The notes under the pieces are model-generated. The model made no database searches. It saw only the letters and a program-made list of their open reading frames with translations, and had not been told where the DNA came from. From Camelus dromedarius (taxonomy: Eukaryota), in the NCBI RefSeq assembly GCF_036321535.1, contig NC_087437.1, positions 77,440,001 to 77,504,000 of the forward strand: a stretch of 64,000 bases of DNA, written 5' to 3'. Both the position numbers and the translations under genes were made by a program. This document shows, one piece after another, positions 51,951 to 64,000 of this stretch (positions are counted from its first letter, which is position 1; every line of letters begins with the position of its first letter).

Positions 51951-54900
51951 CTAGTATATAGAAAAATTTTGGCTAACTGCCTAATATAGTTCAAGGCAGT
52001 TAGTCATTATTAATATGAACTGCATTTATCTTTAATACTATTTGAGAGAAGGATAAAAGATGATGACAAAGTGAATGAAGTTTGGGAGAAAATAATGGAG
52101 AGTTAAAGAATATGGATTTGATTTTACAAAAGCTGTGGAGAACCACTGTAGGTTCTTCAGCAGTGAAGTGGCACCATTTAAAATTCATCTGGAGGGTTTA
52201 CTCCAGTTTACGTGATAGTGGTAAAGACTAGAGCATAGAGCAGGAAATCTGTTGGATTATACACTGAAGCTATGGTGTTTCCAGGTTAGTGTCTCTTGTT
52301 TAGTATTTTCCCTCTTTTAAAATTAGATCATGTTTTACACAGTATTGTTACATTTTGTACTACATGGTTTTATTGCTTCTTTATGAGTGACTTAATAGAG
52401 AACATTTTATGTATGTAGTAAATGTGAGTTTATTTCTCTAGTCAGGGAGACAATGGATTTCTTTTGAAGTATCTACTATCTTGTTACCCTAATGGAGTTG
52501 TACAATGAATTTGAGTCTCCATAAACAAAACTGGGGACCTATCCTGCTGGATTCATTTAAAGGCCCAAAGTGCTTGGCTTTAGATTTCCAAAGCATTTGG
52601 ATTTGTTGTTTAGGTGCTAGATTAGAGTCATCTTCTCAATAATTTAAATCTTGATGTTATCTAACTTCTCTGAATTTATATGTCATCAAAATACTCTCTA
52701 AGATGCCATTCAGATTTGAAATGAAATATGAGTGGAAAGATTGGAGGTTCACTTGCGTATGTGATGCATTGTTTATTATACTGGAAAGTGAAGGCTTAGC
52801 CTCAGCCTAGGATGGTGACATAATGCTTTCTTATACTTTGTCATCACACATTTTCATCAGGAGCAGCCAGTGAGAAGCAAATAAGAATTTCAACTAATGG
52901 CAAAGCATTTTGTACCTTTAAAGCAATTTAATAAGGAGTTGTTTTTAATTTGAAAACTGAGACAGGAAATACATGGCAGTAAAATCTGCTATTATTAATT
53001 TACCTTACTCTCAAATTTTTATGAATTCATTTATTGAGTCATTGGTTCCTTGATGTGATTTGTTGAATACCTACTCTGTCCTGGCCCTGTGTTAGTCACG
53101 CAGGATAATTGGGAATCATTGAGCCTGATTCCTCGTCCCTTGTGGATTAGAGAGTAGACAGAAAATGACAGGAAAACTAAACAATATCTACATTTTGCTT
53201 TGACTGTTGTTTTCCTTCTACTCTTCCTTCTCCCCTCTGTCCTCTTCCTTCCTTCTTCTCCCCATCCCAGCTCCTCCATTCTTCCCCATCTCCGGGTGCA
53301 AGGAGATGAGGGGATGGGAACTTGGAGTGGAAGACTGGTTTGAGGAAACTGTTTTCCCACCCTAAGTTTGGATCGCGGCACAGAGTCTGATAAGACACTA
53401 GCTGCCCGACTATGAACAGAAGGGATGACCACTACTGGATCAGTTCCTGCCTCCTGCTCTGGTCTGTAAAGGGCTCTCAGGGCGCCAGTTATGCTCCAGG
53501 CACGAGGATCCAGTGGCGAACATACCAGATGTGGCTCCGGTCCTCACTGAGTGTACGTTCTAGTGGGCAGGGCAGATGTCAAAATCAACATCCACAAGAT
53601 GATGTAATTTTGCGTAATCTAGGATAAAGAAGTGAGATGGTTACACTATAGGATTGTGTGCCTGGCTGTCATTTTTTAACACTTCTGCAAGGTGTGGGGA
53701 TAGTTCTTCTTGTAAGTCTGAGTCTGAGAGGGGGAAAGCGGAAGAGGGAAGGTTACTCAGTGGCTGGTGTTTAGCAGAGGGATGGAGGAGGCTGCCCCCA
53801 TGCTCAGTGTCCCGGCGACCCCAGCAGGGTTCCTAGCAGGCTGAGCTGTCTGCTTCTCCCTCAGTTTTCACCACTTCGATGTCCACAGTTGGTACAAAAA
53901 TCCTCTTTGAAGTTGCTGCTACTTTAAGCCAGTGTGAATAGGAATGGGCTGGGTGATGGGCGGCAGGAAAGGGCATGAAGCAGAAAGGGGTCCAGAGAGT
54001 GGAGGGCGGAGTTCCCTGCAGACAGCTTGAGTCTGCTTCACAGCATCCCTGAGCCAAGGCTGTGTGTGCTCTTCAACCCTCTTAAGGTGACAGAAATATG
54101 TTGCATCTGGTTGAGTTTCTAGGTACACGTTTGTTCACTAGAGCAGCTTTGCTTGGACAGCAGAAAACCAGCCTGTTGTTCATTTTCCATGCACAAGCAG
54201 GGGAGGTGTCTGACACTGGAGTTCAAACCTGTGGGAACAGTCTCCACAACTAGCACCCTCTCCATGGCCCTTAAACAGAGCATTGCTTTCCAAAGGAAGA
54301 ATACGTGCGTACTTCACACTCACCCCTGAAGAGTAGGCAGGGCTGCAGAGGGAGTTCCAGTGGATCTGACAGCCTGTAAATCTAGAGTTTGAGGGCTACA
54401 GGAAGAAAACACCAGTAGGCTTAAGTTTTAAGAGTCCCAATTAACTGCTTGCTCCTCTGAAGACTGATGTGGAGAAGGGGGCAAGCCTCAGAATGTTTGA
54501 GTTCAAAAGGTAAAGTCGGAACAGAGACTATGTGGGGTGAAATGGGGAGAATTAATTTGGTTTTTTTAAACAAAGAAAGTGAAGCATAGTGGGGAGATGG
54601 AGAGTCAGCTAATTAGCACCAGTATTTGGTCTAGACTTCAGAGGTGGGGTGGGGTGGTGGAGGTAGGAGTGAGAGGCATTGAGGAAGATGAATAATGGAG
54701 AAATGATAAGAGTGGAAGCTCAGGGGTGCTCTGTAGGGTGCTTTTTACCCTGAGCTGGGGAGCGTTTCTGGGCTCAGGGTTTAGGAGACCTTGGCACAAG
54801 AGAAGATGAGTTGCAACTTGAAACAAAGAGGACAATGGTAACCAAGACAGAAAAGCATCTTCCTTTTCAAAGGTCAAGACTGCAGAGGTGCATGACTCAG

Positions 54901-57900
54901 ACCATGTTTGCAGTGAAAGAGTAACCCAGTAGGAAAGGCAATAATAATAATTGCCTGTTTATCACAGTGTACAGGCAGCTGAGTGGGGAGAGGGGGTTGG
55001 AATAGACTGATTTGTAAATAGGATACACCTTCCATGTGTTTCTTAAACCGATGACTTTGAACTCAAGATTTTCTTGTAACATAAAAATAGTTTATGGACC
55101 TGAAAATGTCTGTGTTGAACTTCTGTGGCCCGGAACAGGGTCTAGGGTAGCAAGAGAAATGCAAATCCTAGTGGTTCTGTCTGGAGGGGAAGCTGTAATT
55201 CTTGCCCTTTCCCCTTAGTGGTGTGGCTAGAAGGTCTCCAAGAGAAGCAGAGATGCGATCAGGCCAGGGAGCCTTCTGTTCTGTGTGGTTTCATTTGTCA
55301 GTGACACTGACCATAGCCAGAAGCAGCTGTTTCAGTGAAGTTCATACTTGCCATCTATTTTCGGAAGAAGCAGGAAGAATGTCAGAGGTGATGTTTGAAT
55401 TTTAGGGCTTGTTTATAAGAGCCTAAGATAAAGCTGTTTAGACCTTCTGTCCTCTGTCATTTCACTTATCAAATTCAAGTACAGCCTTTTAATTTCAAAA
55501 CACTTAACTTCTGGAGATGAATAGGTCATTGAACGGGTTCTGTAAGCAAGTACATTTCTAAGACATAAACAGGAACACAAGCAGCACAGAGATAGCATGT
55601 CAACAAGACGGGGGATGTGACAAGAGGGACAAGGCCTGAGAGCCTTCTCCACTCCAGCCTGGGGAAGCAACTCTCTGGTCTTTGATTTAAGGAGCAGTGA
55701 AGTTATATATCAGAAAATGCTGATGTACCAAACTGCCATTATTCAGCTCTCTAGACAGTGCTACAGGGTAATATACAAATAATATTATGGGTTGATTAAA
55801 CGCATGTTGCTTTTTAAAGAAACCACAAGATGGAAAGGCAAAACAAAATGGATAGAATTGTTTGCGTACTAAGAATAGCAGAGGAGACTGAAAAAAATAT
55901 TAAATCCTATCACGTGGGAGGGTTATTTTTCCATCTTCATCTGAAAGGGCCCTACTGTTAGCCCTTCACTCTATTTTGGATTTAATTTGTTTGTTTACTT
56001 TGGCTCTGAGTATGCCTGAAGAGAGACCACCCCCCAGCAAATGGAACTGAGAATATTATTTTCGTTCACTCTCAAGGGGAGGTGATTCCATTCACAGTAC
56101 ACAAAATACAGAGTATCCAGTTCATTCCAGAATTGAGGAGCCATGGAAAGACAGCAGCTTTGCCTGGTCACATGCTCATCCTAAGCATTCTGAGCTATTA
56201 GAGTAGTTAAAGAATTAGCAGGCCCGAGAACGGTTAAGGCATTTTCTTTTCTTTTATATTCACCAGCTTTTCTTGAGCAGCTTCCCTGTGTTTCTTGCAT
56301 TTCAGGATATTTAAAATGCTATATCCCATTCAGAAGTATCATTTGTTGTTAAATAGGTTAAACATCATTGTGTGTGTGTGTGTGCTTGTGTGCGTGCACA
56401 CACGCCTTGTGCACACATCATACCTGTTCATATATAAATGCATAGGAATAAAAATAATTATCAATAAAAGTTGTAATCTATAGTAGCAAATGACGAAGAA
56501 TCAGTTAGAGAAATTATATGTCCATACTATGGAAACTTACATTTGTAAAAATACTGAGCTGTAGCTGTATCTGTATATGCTGGTATAGAACAAATGTCAA
56601 GGTTTTACAGAAATAAAAAGAAAATAAAACAAGATACAGACAAGTGTGTTTACTATGGTAACATGTGAACAGGAATGTATAGAGACATACACATTTACAT
56701 CTGTGCTTGCTTCTGTTTGGACCATGAGAAGGATTGGAGTCATGACCTTGGAAATGAAAAGCTCTGTTTCTTCCTCTGAGTTAGGAGGGAAGAGGAAATT
56801 GGGTACAGATATAAAGAAATATTGAAATACTGAAAAATTAGTTGAGGACTAAAGGAACGGAAGTTAGTGAGGACAAATGCACATTTCAATACCTGGGAGT
56901 CTTGAGAAAGCAGAGTCACTGGTTAGATGATTGCAGAACCTTCTCATATGTTCAGAGAGGAGAGTACAAACACATGCTTGGCACTAGCATGCTGAAGTGC
57001 CCCTGACCTTTGTGAATTAAGTTCTTTTTCTACCTGCCTTGCAGAAATTTTCTTTCCTTTTCTTTTCATCTTTGCAGTAACATGAGTATGAATCTGTACT
57101 CTTACTGTGAAATTTCAACATCCTGTCTGTAGACAGTTTTTTGTAATAAGATACTGCCTATTGGTAGAACTAGAAGGCACTTACTGGTTAGATCCTTTGC
57201 TCTGGCATTTGACTTTTAGGAAGGTGAATGTATAAACCTTTGAACTGTTAGGCACTGGAATATTGATGGATCTCTTAGGCAGTTTGTTCAGTATTTGAAT
57301 AGTGGTTTATCTGTCTCTGACTTTTTAAGGGACTAGGATTTTGAATAATGTTAGCCAGACATCTAAATTATTTTGTGTTTGGATGTAAGGGACCCAGTGA
57401 TTACCCAGATCAATTTTCTGAAGCCTATAAAATTAGGAAAATAGAAAAAAATGGAGTATTTAGTTCTTATTAGGCGTGTGTGTAAAAATCTAAATGTTGG
57501 AGATCACTTCATGTGCTACCTTTAAGTTAGGAGTAGGTAAATTTTTTTCTTTAACTCAGATCTTAGAACCCTCCATTATAATTATTGAATTATTAGATTT
57601 CTAAAATTAAAATTTCACTTTCCGAGTAAAGAACAAGATGGAATGGGGAATAGCAGAGATGGAACAAACTCTCTAGGACTTTTTAAGCCATGTGAATTTT
57701 CATGTTACCAGTTCTGTTGATTTCCTCACAGTGAGGCAAAGTCTAGTTTTTTGACATGTTTTATCTTGATTTTATGGTACAAAATTCTTTAAAATGATCC
57801 TGAAGAATTCCTTTCTGTACTCTTTGAGGTTTCACACTTTAAAATTTTGTATATGTGTGAAATTCGTACAACTTAGCTATGGCGATGGGTTTAGAACAAA

Positions 57901-58576
57901 TGAGTGTTCTCTCTATAAAGCTGGAAATGGTGGTTTTCCAAGTCACTGCAAGAAGAAAGGAGGGGATGAGTGGGGGCGGTGGGGAGAAAGCTGCTCATTG
58001 GTGAGGATGAACTTTGATGTCCTAGCCATTCATTTCTATGTGACATCTTTTTTCCTTAAAATTTAATTAAATGTAACTTCCCCCACCCCCTCACCAATCT
58101 TGCTTCTACTTCTTTAAACTTTTTCTGCTAGCTGCCTCTTTCCGAACCCTAATATAGTCAACATAAGTGAATTTCATATATAAAGATAACATTTTCATTT
58201 TAGGAATATTTTTTCTGTGCGATATTAGGAAAATAGTGTATCAACAGAATTTTAGAATTGTTTGGTATTCATAGGTAGAGGGAGTAAACCTGAAAGGAAC
58301 CGTGGCATCCATTTAAAAAATGTTGCTACATAGCAATTAGTGAAAAGTTCTGATGATACTGTAGTTCTCAAAATGAAGGTTGAAAGTTTTCAGGAGCAAG
58401 GAAAAAAAAGATACAAGAAACACAACAGCAAAAAACTATGCTATTGATTACTTTTGACCAGAAGTTGAGTTGTAGAGCCACTCGAGTGTAGAAACTAAGT
58501 TGTATTACCTACTTTCGCTTCATGATGTATTTTTTGACTCTATTAATTGACTTTCAGAGAAACTTCATGCTTCCAT

Positions 58577-59878
58577 TTTAAATATTTGTATTTATTCTTT
58601 CAAGTGGTTTCACAATGGTTGACTATATTTAGCTGATATATGAGTCAAGACTTAGTCAAGTTTTATCTAACATTTTGCCAAGTATGTTGGAAACATAATG
58701 GAGTTACTGTCTGCAGAGAAGTAGAAGGATTCCTGTTTTACAGACTGACAGGTGCAGTTGTGAAGTTAAATCAGAGAGTCAAGCTGAAGCGGACTTTCTC
58801 ACTTTCCTTTTGCTCACTGACAACCAGTTTCTCTGAGGACTTTATACAAGTCAGTAGCAGAGGGCAAACCTTCACTGTTCTGAATCTAAATCTCTAATAT
58901 TTAATTTTTATATCCCCTATCCTATACTTCATCAACTTCTAAAGTTCTTAAAGTGATAGAGTAGCTTTAAATAGCTGTCTACTCTGTTGTTTATAATTGT
59001 TAAAATAAAGTTAACCTTCATGATTATCCATTTTTCTAAACTTCTATAGGCTTTTGATATTTTAATTTATTGAAGAATTCCTAGTTTCTCTTGTGTTTTG
59101 AATTATTTACACAGTGTTTGGATTAAACTCAGTGGTAATACACAGTTGCATTATTGCTATATTTATTATCAACAGTAATTAAAATCATATGTGATTTTTT
59201 TTGCTTTTAGTTTTGACTTTTAATTTGTTGCCTTAATTTAAAAAATGTCAGTACTGTTTCTCAGAATTTTTATTGATGTACAAAAACTGTGTAGTCATTG
59301 TACTTTATTTTTAAATCACTCTCTTAACTTTCAGTAGGGAATACTATTAGTATGAACCCATTCCATTACCTTGTTAATATCTTTCCAGTTTCCCTAACTA
59401 CCTTGTAAATACCTGGAGATTTTATGTCTCAGCCATTCTTTTGTCAGTACAGGAATATAATCCTAATAAATGTTGATCGTTGATGATAATGAACCATTAA
59501 AATTAATGGTTTAGGAGGAAGGTACAGCTCTAGTGGTAGAGTGTATGCATAACATGCAGAGAGGCCCCAGCACCTCCATTAACAAACAAGTAAATAAACC
59601 TAAATGTAAAGAGTCCTCAGAGAAACTGGTTATGTCAGTGGGCAAAAGGAAAGTGAGAAAGTCTGTTTCAACTTAACTCTTTCTGACTTAACTTCACAAC
59701 TGCACCTGTCAATCTGCAAAACAGGAATCCCACTTATATGCAGACAGTAGCTCCATTATGTTTCCAACATACTTGGCAAAATGTTAGATAAAACTTGACT
59801 AAGTCTAGACTCGTATATCAAGCTAAATATAATCAATCATTGTGAAACCACTTGAAAGAATAAATATAGATATTTAAA
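58577..59878. repeat. Long inverted repeat: arms 58577-58848 and 59605-59878, spacer 756 bp
   Basis: Hand alignment gives ~20 mismatches and 4 small gaps over ~275 bp (~90%), with a perfect 56-bp run at 59751-59806. Confidence 0.95.
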
Positions 59879-59947
59879 GAGGTTCAGTCCCCAACACCTC
59901 CATTAAAATAAATAAACCTAATTACCTCCTCCCCCACCCAAAAAAGA
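59514..59947 (+). mobile_element. tRNA-derived SINE (camelid-type) interrupted by an inverted copy of local sequence
   Basis: Head ggtacagctctagtggtagagtgtatgcataacatgca (A box). Tail ggttcagtccccaacacctccattaaaataaataaacctaattacctcc (B box). TSD aaaattaatggttta 59499-59513 / aaaattagtggctta 59948-59962. Confidence 0.85.
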
Positions 59948-60386
59948 AAAATTAGTGGCTTATTTACTAAAGTTGAATTATTACGGAATGCAGTGTTTTT
60001 TGTAGAATCTGATTTTATAAGATTATGCCTGTAAATATATTTTATTATTACTATTAGTTCCCATTCTTTGGAATATTTATTGTTTGAGGTTTTTTTTTCA
60101 GGACAGATTTTCACTAATTCTGATGAAGTTTGTGGTATTTTTTTTAAAAGCCACTTTAGTAGTAGTGTGACATATTTAAATGGAAGTACATGGATTTCTA
60201 GAAACCAGAATATTTAAGCAAGAGAAAATATAATTAAAACCTTTTGAAATAACAATTGTTTATTTTCAAAATTTATCTTTATTCCTGGAACCAAGTTTCA
60301 GCATGATTTAAAATGATAAATTGATACATAAATCTAATAATGCAAATTAGATTTTCCTGGCGGTGACTGTGTTGCTGGCCTTGCTT

Positions 60387-60436
60387 TGTGTGTGTGTGTG
60401 TGTGTGTCTGTGTCTGTGTATGTGTGTATATATATG
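60387..60436. repeat. (TG)n compound microsatellite
   Basis: Read directly from sequence. Confidence 0.9.
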
Positions 60437-60774
60437 TTACCTTAGACACTCAAAATGGTTGTTAAATACCAGCTTCTTTCTCACATCAAGCTGAAAACTT
60501 GCATTACTCACTTTTCTGCCTGCCTTTATTGACAAACTAGTGGTGTACACAACTCTTTAATTTTTCCTAAACTAGCCTTCTGTTACTCCTTGGATTTGGG
60601 TTTTGTTATATTCCAGTTTTCAGAGCTTGCTGTAAGATTTCCTTTAACCTTATGGTTCAGCTCAGTGGCTTGGCTTCTGCTCCACCTTCCACTGCTTTTT
60701 GATGTATTGTTTTTCTGGTTTTCAGTAATTTCTATGTGTCTCAATTCCTTTCTTTCTTTTTTTATTGTATATAT

Positions 60775-61088
60775 TTTTTAATTGAAGTATAGTCAGTTTA
60801 CAGTGTTGTGTCAAGTTTCTGATATACAGCATAATGATTCAGTCATACATGAACATACATATTCATTTTCATATTCTTTTTTTTACCATAAGTTACTACA
60901 AGGTATTGAATATAGTGCCCTGTGCTATACAGTATGAATTTGTTGTTTATCTATTTTATGTATATTAGTATCTGCAAATCTCGAACTCCCAGTTTACCCC
61001 TTCCCACCCCTTTTTTCCCTCTGGTAACCATAAGTTCGTTTTCTATGTCTGTGAGCTGTTTCTGTTTTGTAAATAAGTTAGTTTGTCC
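60775..61088 (-). mobile_element. Cetartiodactyl-type L1 3' end fragment
   Basis: ttttttaattgaagtatagtcagtttacagtgttgtg...gaatatagtgccctgtgctatacag...ctggtaaccataagttcgttttctatgtctgtgag. Confidence 0.85.
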
Positions 61089-61702
61089 TTTCTTATCTCT
61101 GAACTACTCCATCTGCATTCCTTTTGTTTGGTTCCTAAATGCCGGTATTTCCCAAGGCTGTCTTTAACCCAAATCTACCCTTTTCTTGGTAATTTCATTT
61201 CACTCTCAATTCTCCTTGTCGTGCTTATGGTTCTCTTGTCTCTCATTCTTTCTGTTCAGCTTAGCTCTAGTTCAGCATTGCCAGTGAACACGCATGCTTG
61301 GAAATGATAACATCTCAAATTGATGGGCCTGAACTCCTCCTCCCACTCCCCAACATCCTTGCTTCTGTTGATGTCAAGCTTCACGTCATCTGTGACTAAT
61401 CCTTTTCATCTCTTTCCCCTCCTCGTGTAATCCTGAGTTTCTACTGAATCTCCTCTCTTTTAAAAATAATCTTTGCTGCTGCTTCTTGTCCCCGTTCTTG
61501 CAGCTGTGTTGTTTCAGCCTTCCCTCACTTGTGGCTCCGTTACTGTTAATGGCTGGCTTTCCAGTATCTTGTTTCTACACTGTGCTAAGCTAGGGAAGTC
61601 TTTTTAAACACTTTAGTCCCCACTAGGGGCATTTGCCTTTTTTATAAAAGATTAAACACCTTCTTTGTAACCTGGTTTACCTTTAATATTCTATCTCATT
61701 TC

Positions 61703-61811
61703 ATTTCCATTTCTTTCTTTTTATTATTTTAAATGGAGGTACTGGGAATCGAGCCAAGTACCTTGTGCATGCTCAGCATGCACTCCACCAACTGAGCTAT
61801 TCCCCCACCCC
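61703..61811 (-). mobile_element. tRNA-derived SINE (camelid-type)
   Basis: atggaggtactgggaatcgagccaagtaccttgtgcatgctcagcatgcactccaccaactgagctattcccc. 10-bp TSD atctcatttc at 61693-61702 and 61812-61821. Confidence 0.88.
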
Positions 61812-64000
61812 ATCTCATTTCTCACTACTCCAGACCTGTCTCCGTTTCTTTTTCCTTTGCTCACGATCCTAAAAACACGCCCCGCTAATTGTCTGTATGC
61901 CTTTGGTTATGATTTCCCCTCCCACCCATCTGGAATCTCTTCATCCTTCCCACCCAGTTTTGGTCCCAGCTCTTCCGTGAGTCTAGCTAGACCATGCTGA
62001 TTTCTCCTTTTCCTGAACCTGGTTTAGCTCTTAAGAGCTGGACACCGATGTATGCCAAAGTATACTTTGTGTTACATTGCTGGCACTTGTGGTAGACTTG
62101 TCACTTCAGTTGGAATTTGGATTCCTTTGGCAAAGATCATTTATTTTTGGTACCGCCTTCAGTTGTGCTAGGCCCATATTTTGGTGCTCAGTAAACTTGA
62201 TGATTGATTGAACTGAATAAAGAGGTGATGATTCAAAATCCAGATTTGTTTCTTAAAAGAACTTAGCTTGACAGTAGGTGAGCAGCCCATGTACATAAAC
62301 ACATAATGTAGAATTTAGTTTATGCACCATTTATTCCTGTAGTTACTTCTGAAAGACACTTTTTGCTTCTCTCTCTCTCTTTTTTTTTTTTGTAGAATAC
62401 TTTCTAGAGTGCTTTTATTTTATTTATTTATTTATTTAATGTGTTTTTTTAACACGGGCAATAATGAATAGTATTTGTAAGAATTTCATTAATGCACTTG
62501 GAATCTTAGGTGGACCTCAGAGCCTAACATAGGAAAATTAAGCTTTTGAAGAAAGAAAAGTTTAAGTGCAGAATACGAAGACTGGGCAAACCTGTTCAGT
62601 AGTTGTCAAAATGTTTTAGATTAAATTAATGGACAAGTTTGCTTCAAGTGGCTTTGGGGCAGTCAGCTTGCTCTTATTTTCAGTTTAGCAAAGTGGAAAC
62701 CAAGACTAAGTCAGATGACACCATGCGACCTTTGTACTTTTCAGTGGAACTGATAAAAGTTATCATTGATATTCCATTGTAATTGAAATTCAGTAACAGC
62801 TTTTCTTGCGGTTTTTGCTTATCATCCTTTGAATGGGGTCCACTCGTTCATTTATCTCTCCTTTCACTACTACACTCAGAGGGAACAAAGACATTGTTAT
62901 CATTCAATAAGTAAATAGGTGCCTACAGGTGTATAAGTCACTCTCCCTAGATTTAAAGCTCAGTCTGCCCTGAAGAAGTTATCAAATCAGGGAAATAATG
63001 TAGGTATACAAGAGACATTATGATTTTGCCTAGAAGGGTGCTGGAAGTGCTTTGAAAGAAGTATGAAGAACTCCTAGGAAGGGAGAGATTCGTTATGCCA
63101 GGCTGGTCCTGATCGTGGAGAGTTTTGTGGAGAGCATTTGATTTTTAGCCCCAGAAACAGATGGGATATTAGTGGACAGAGGGTGGGAGATGGAGGGACT
63201 GGACTCTGCAAGGCACAAGGACAGCAGAAACAAGGTCTGTGGTGGTGGTGTGGGGAGGGATAGAAATTTGGCTCTGAGATAGGTGATACCAAATCTTGGA
63301 GGTGCCTGAATCTTAGACTAGGGAATATGTCTCATATTCATTAGGATGTGAGGTGTAACTGAAGAGCAGTGACATTACCAGAGGTATGTTTATGAAGATT
63401 TGACACCACTGGGCAGGATATTTTGGAGTTTGATGAAATTGGTCTTTGGAACATTTGTGAAGACTGTTGTGGTATTACCAGTGAGAAGTGGTTGAAGCCT
63501 CCGTCTATGATAGTGGCAGTGAGAATGGGAAAGAAGGAATGAGCACAAGAGTGCTTTCTGATGAATCAGTGAAACTTGGGGCCACATCTATTTATGCTGC
63601 CATGAATCTATTTAGATATTTTTTTCAGCATGTATACTATTCTCCTCCATTGTGGCCAGTGGTAGAAGATACTTCATCGATTAAAAAATTTTACTTATAG
63701 CATCAAAGTTTATTTATTCTCATGAAGAGTAACTTAGATCAGATTTGTTACAAAATTTAAATCAAGTTAAATACACTACTTTGCATAAAACAAAACAGAA
63801 TGAAACCAACAGTTTACTTAACCTCTGTGATGTTTGTTAATTGATTTAAGTATGTTGACAAATCCTCATATTTGTGTTCTATCTTGTAAGTTTTATTTTT
63901 CATCGTTATATTTTTCTTATTATCTTTGATGAACATCTAAACATAAAGCACATAAAAGCTTTGGTTGGGAGAATTTAATCCTATCCAAAATCCTATTCTG

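Larger units (their letters stand above)
28306..64000 (+). other. CBLB: CBLB intron 3 (incomplete, >35 kb)
   Basis: Starts at the gtaag donor. The expected next peptide (RNLTKLSLIFSHMLAE) was not found downstream in the window. Confidence 0.9.

Noticed and set aside
57047..57132. Strong pyrimidine tract + CAG at 57075-57077
   Set aside because: No convincing donor or poly(A) signal nearby; such tracts are common in long introns.
59514..59560. tRNA-like sequence (also 61740-61805)
   Set aside because: SINE heads with TSDs and A-rich tails; no complete cloverleaf.
1..64000. CRISPR arrays, operons or other prokaryotic systems
   Set aside because: Mammalian intron-exon DNA; no regularly spaced repeat-spacer array or long intact ORF.

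Overview
Mammalian genomic DNA, AT-rich, with one CpG island. It holds the 5' part of CBLB (E3 ubiquitin ligase CBL-B) on the + strand. The layout is: ~13.6 kb of upstream intergenic sequence, a CpG-island promoter with several candidate first exons (~13.6-14.9 kb), coding exon 2 (CDS 15544-15711), exon 3 (28055-28305), then ~35.7 kb of intron 3 running off the window. Exon 4 is not present. The rest is eutherian repeats (MER20, MER21, MER58, MLT1, L1, L2, MIR), cetartiodactyl-type L1 3' ends and tRNA-derived SINEs. The SINEs resemble the camelid family and I saw no Alu, BovB or PRE1, so a camelid is likely (inference). Nearly all ORF-track entries are spurious. I found no new multi-gene system. 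Best leads: (1) a TSD-bounded SINE containing a ~274-bp inverted copy of neighbouring intron sequence; (2) a 35-nt candidate exon in intron 3 whose first bases ATGA would both stop the upstream frame and start a frame matching exon 4, next to an ETS/AP-1/GATA cluster; (3) a 60-nt in-frame candidate cassette exon in intron 2; (4) a twin-primed L1 with a perfect TSD. Repeat family names come from motif recognition by eye, not from a search.
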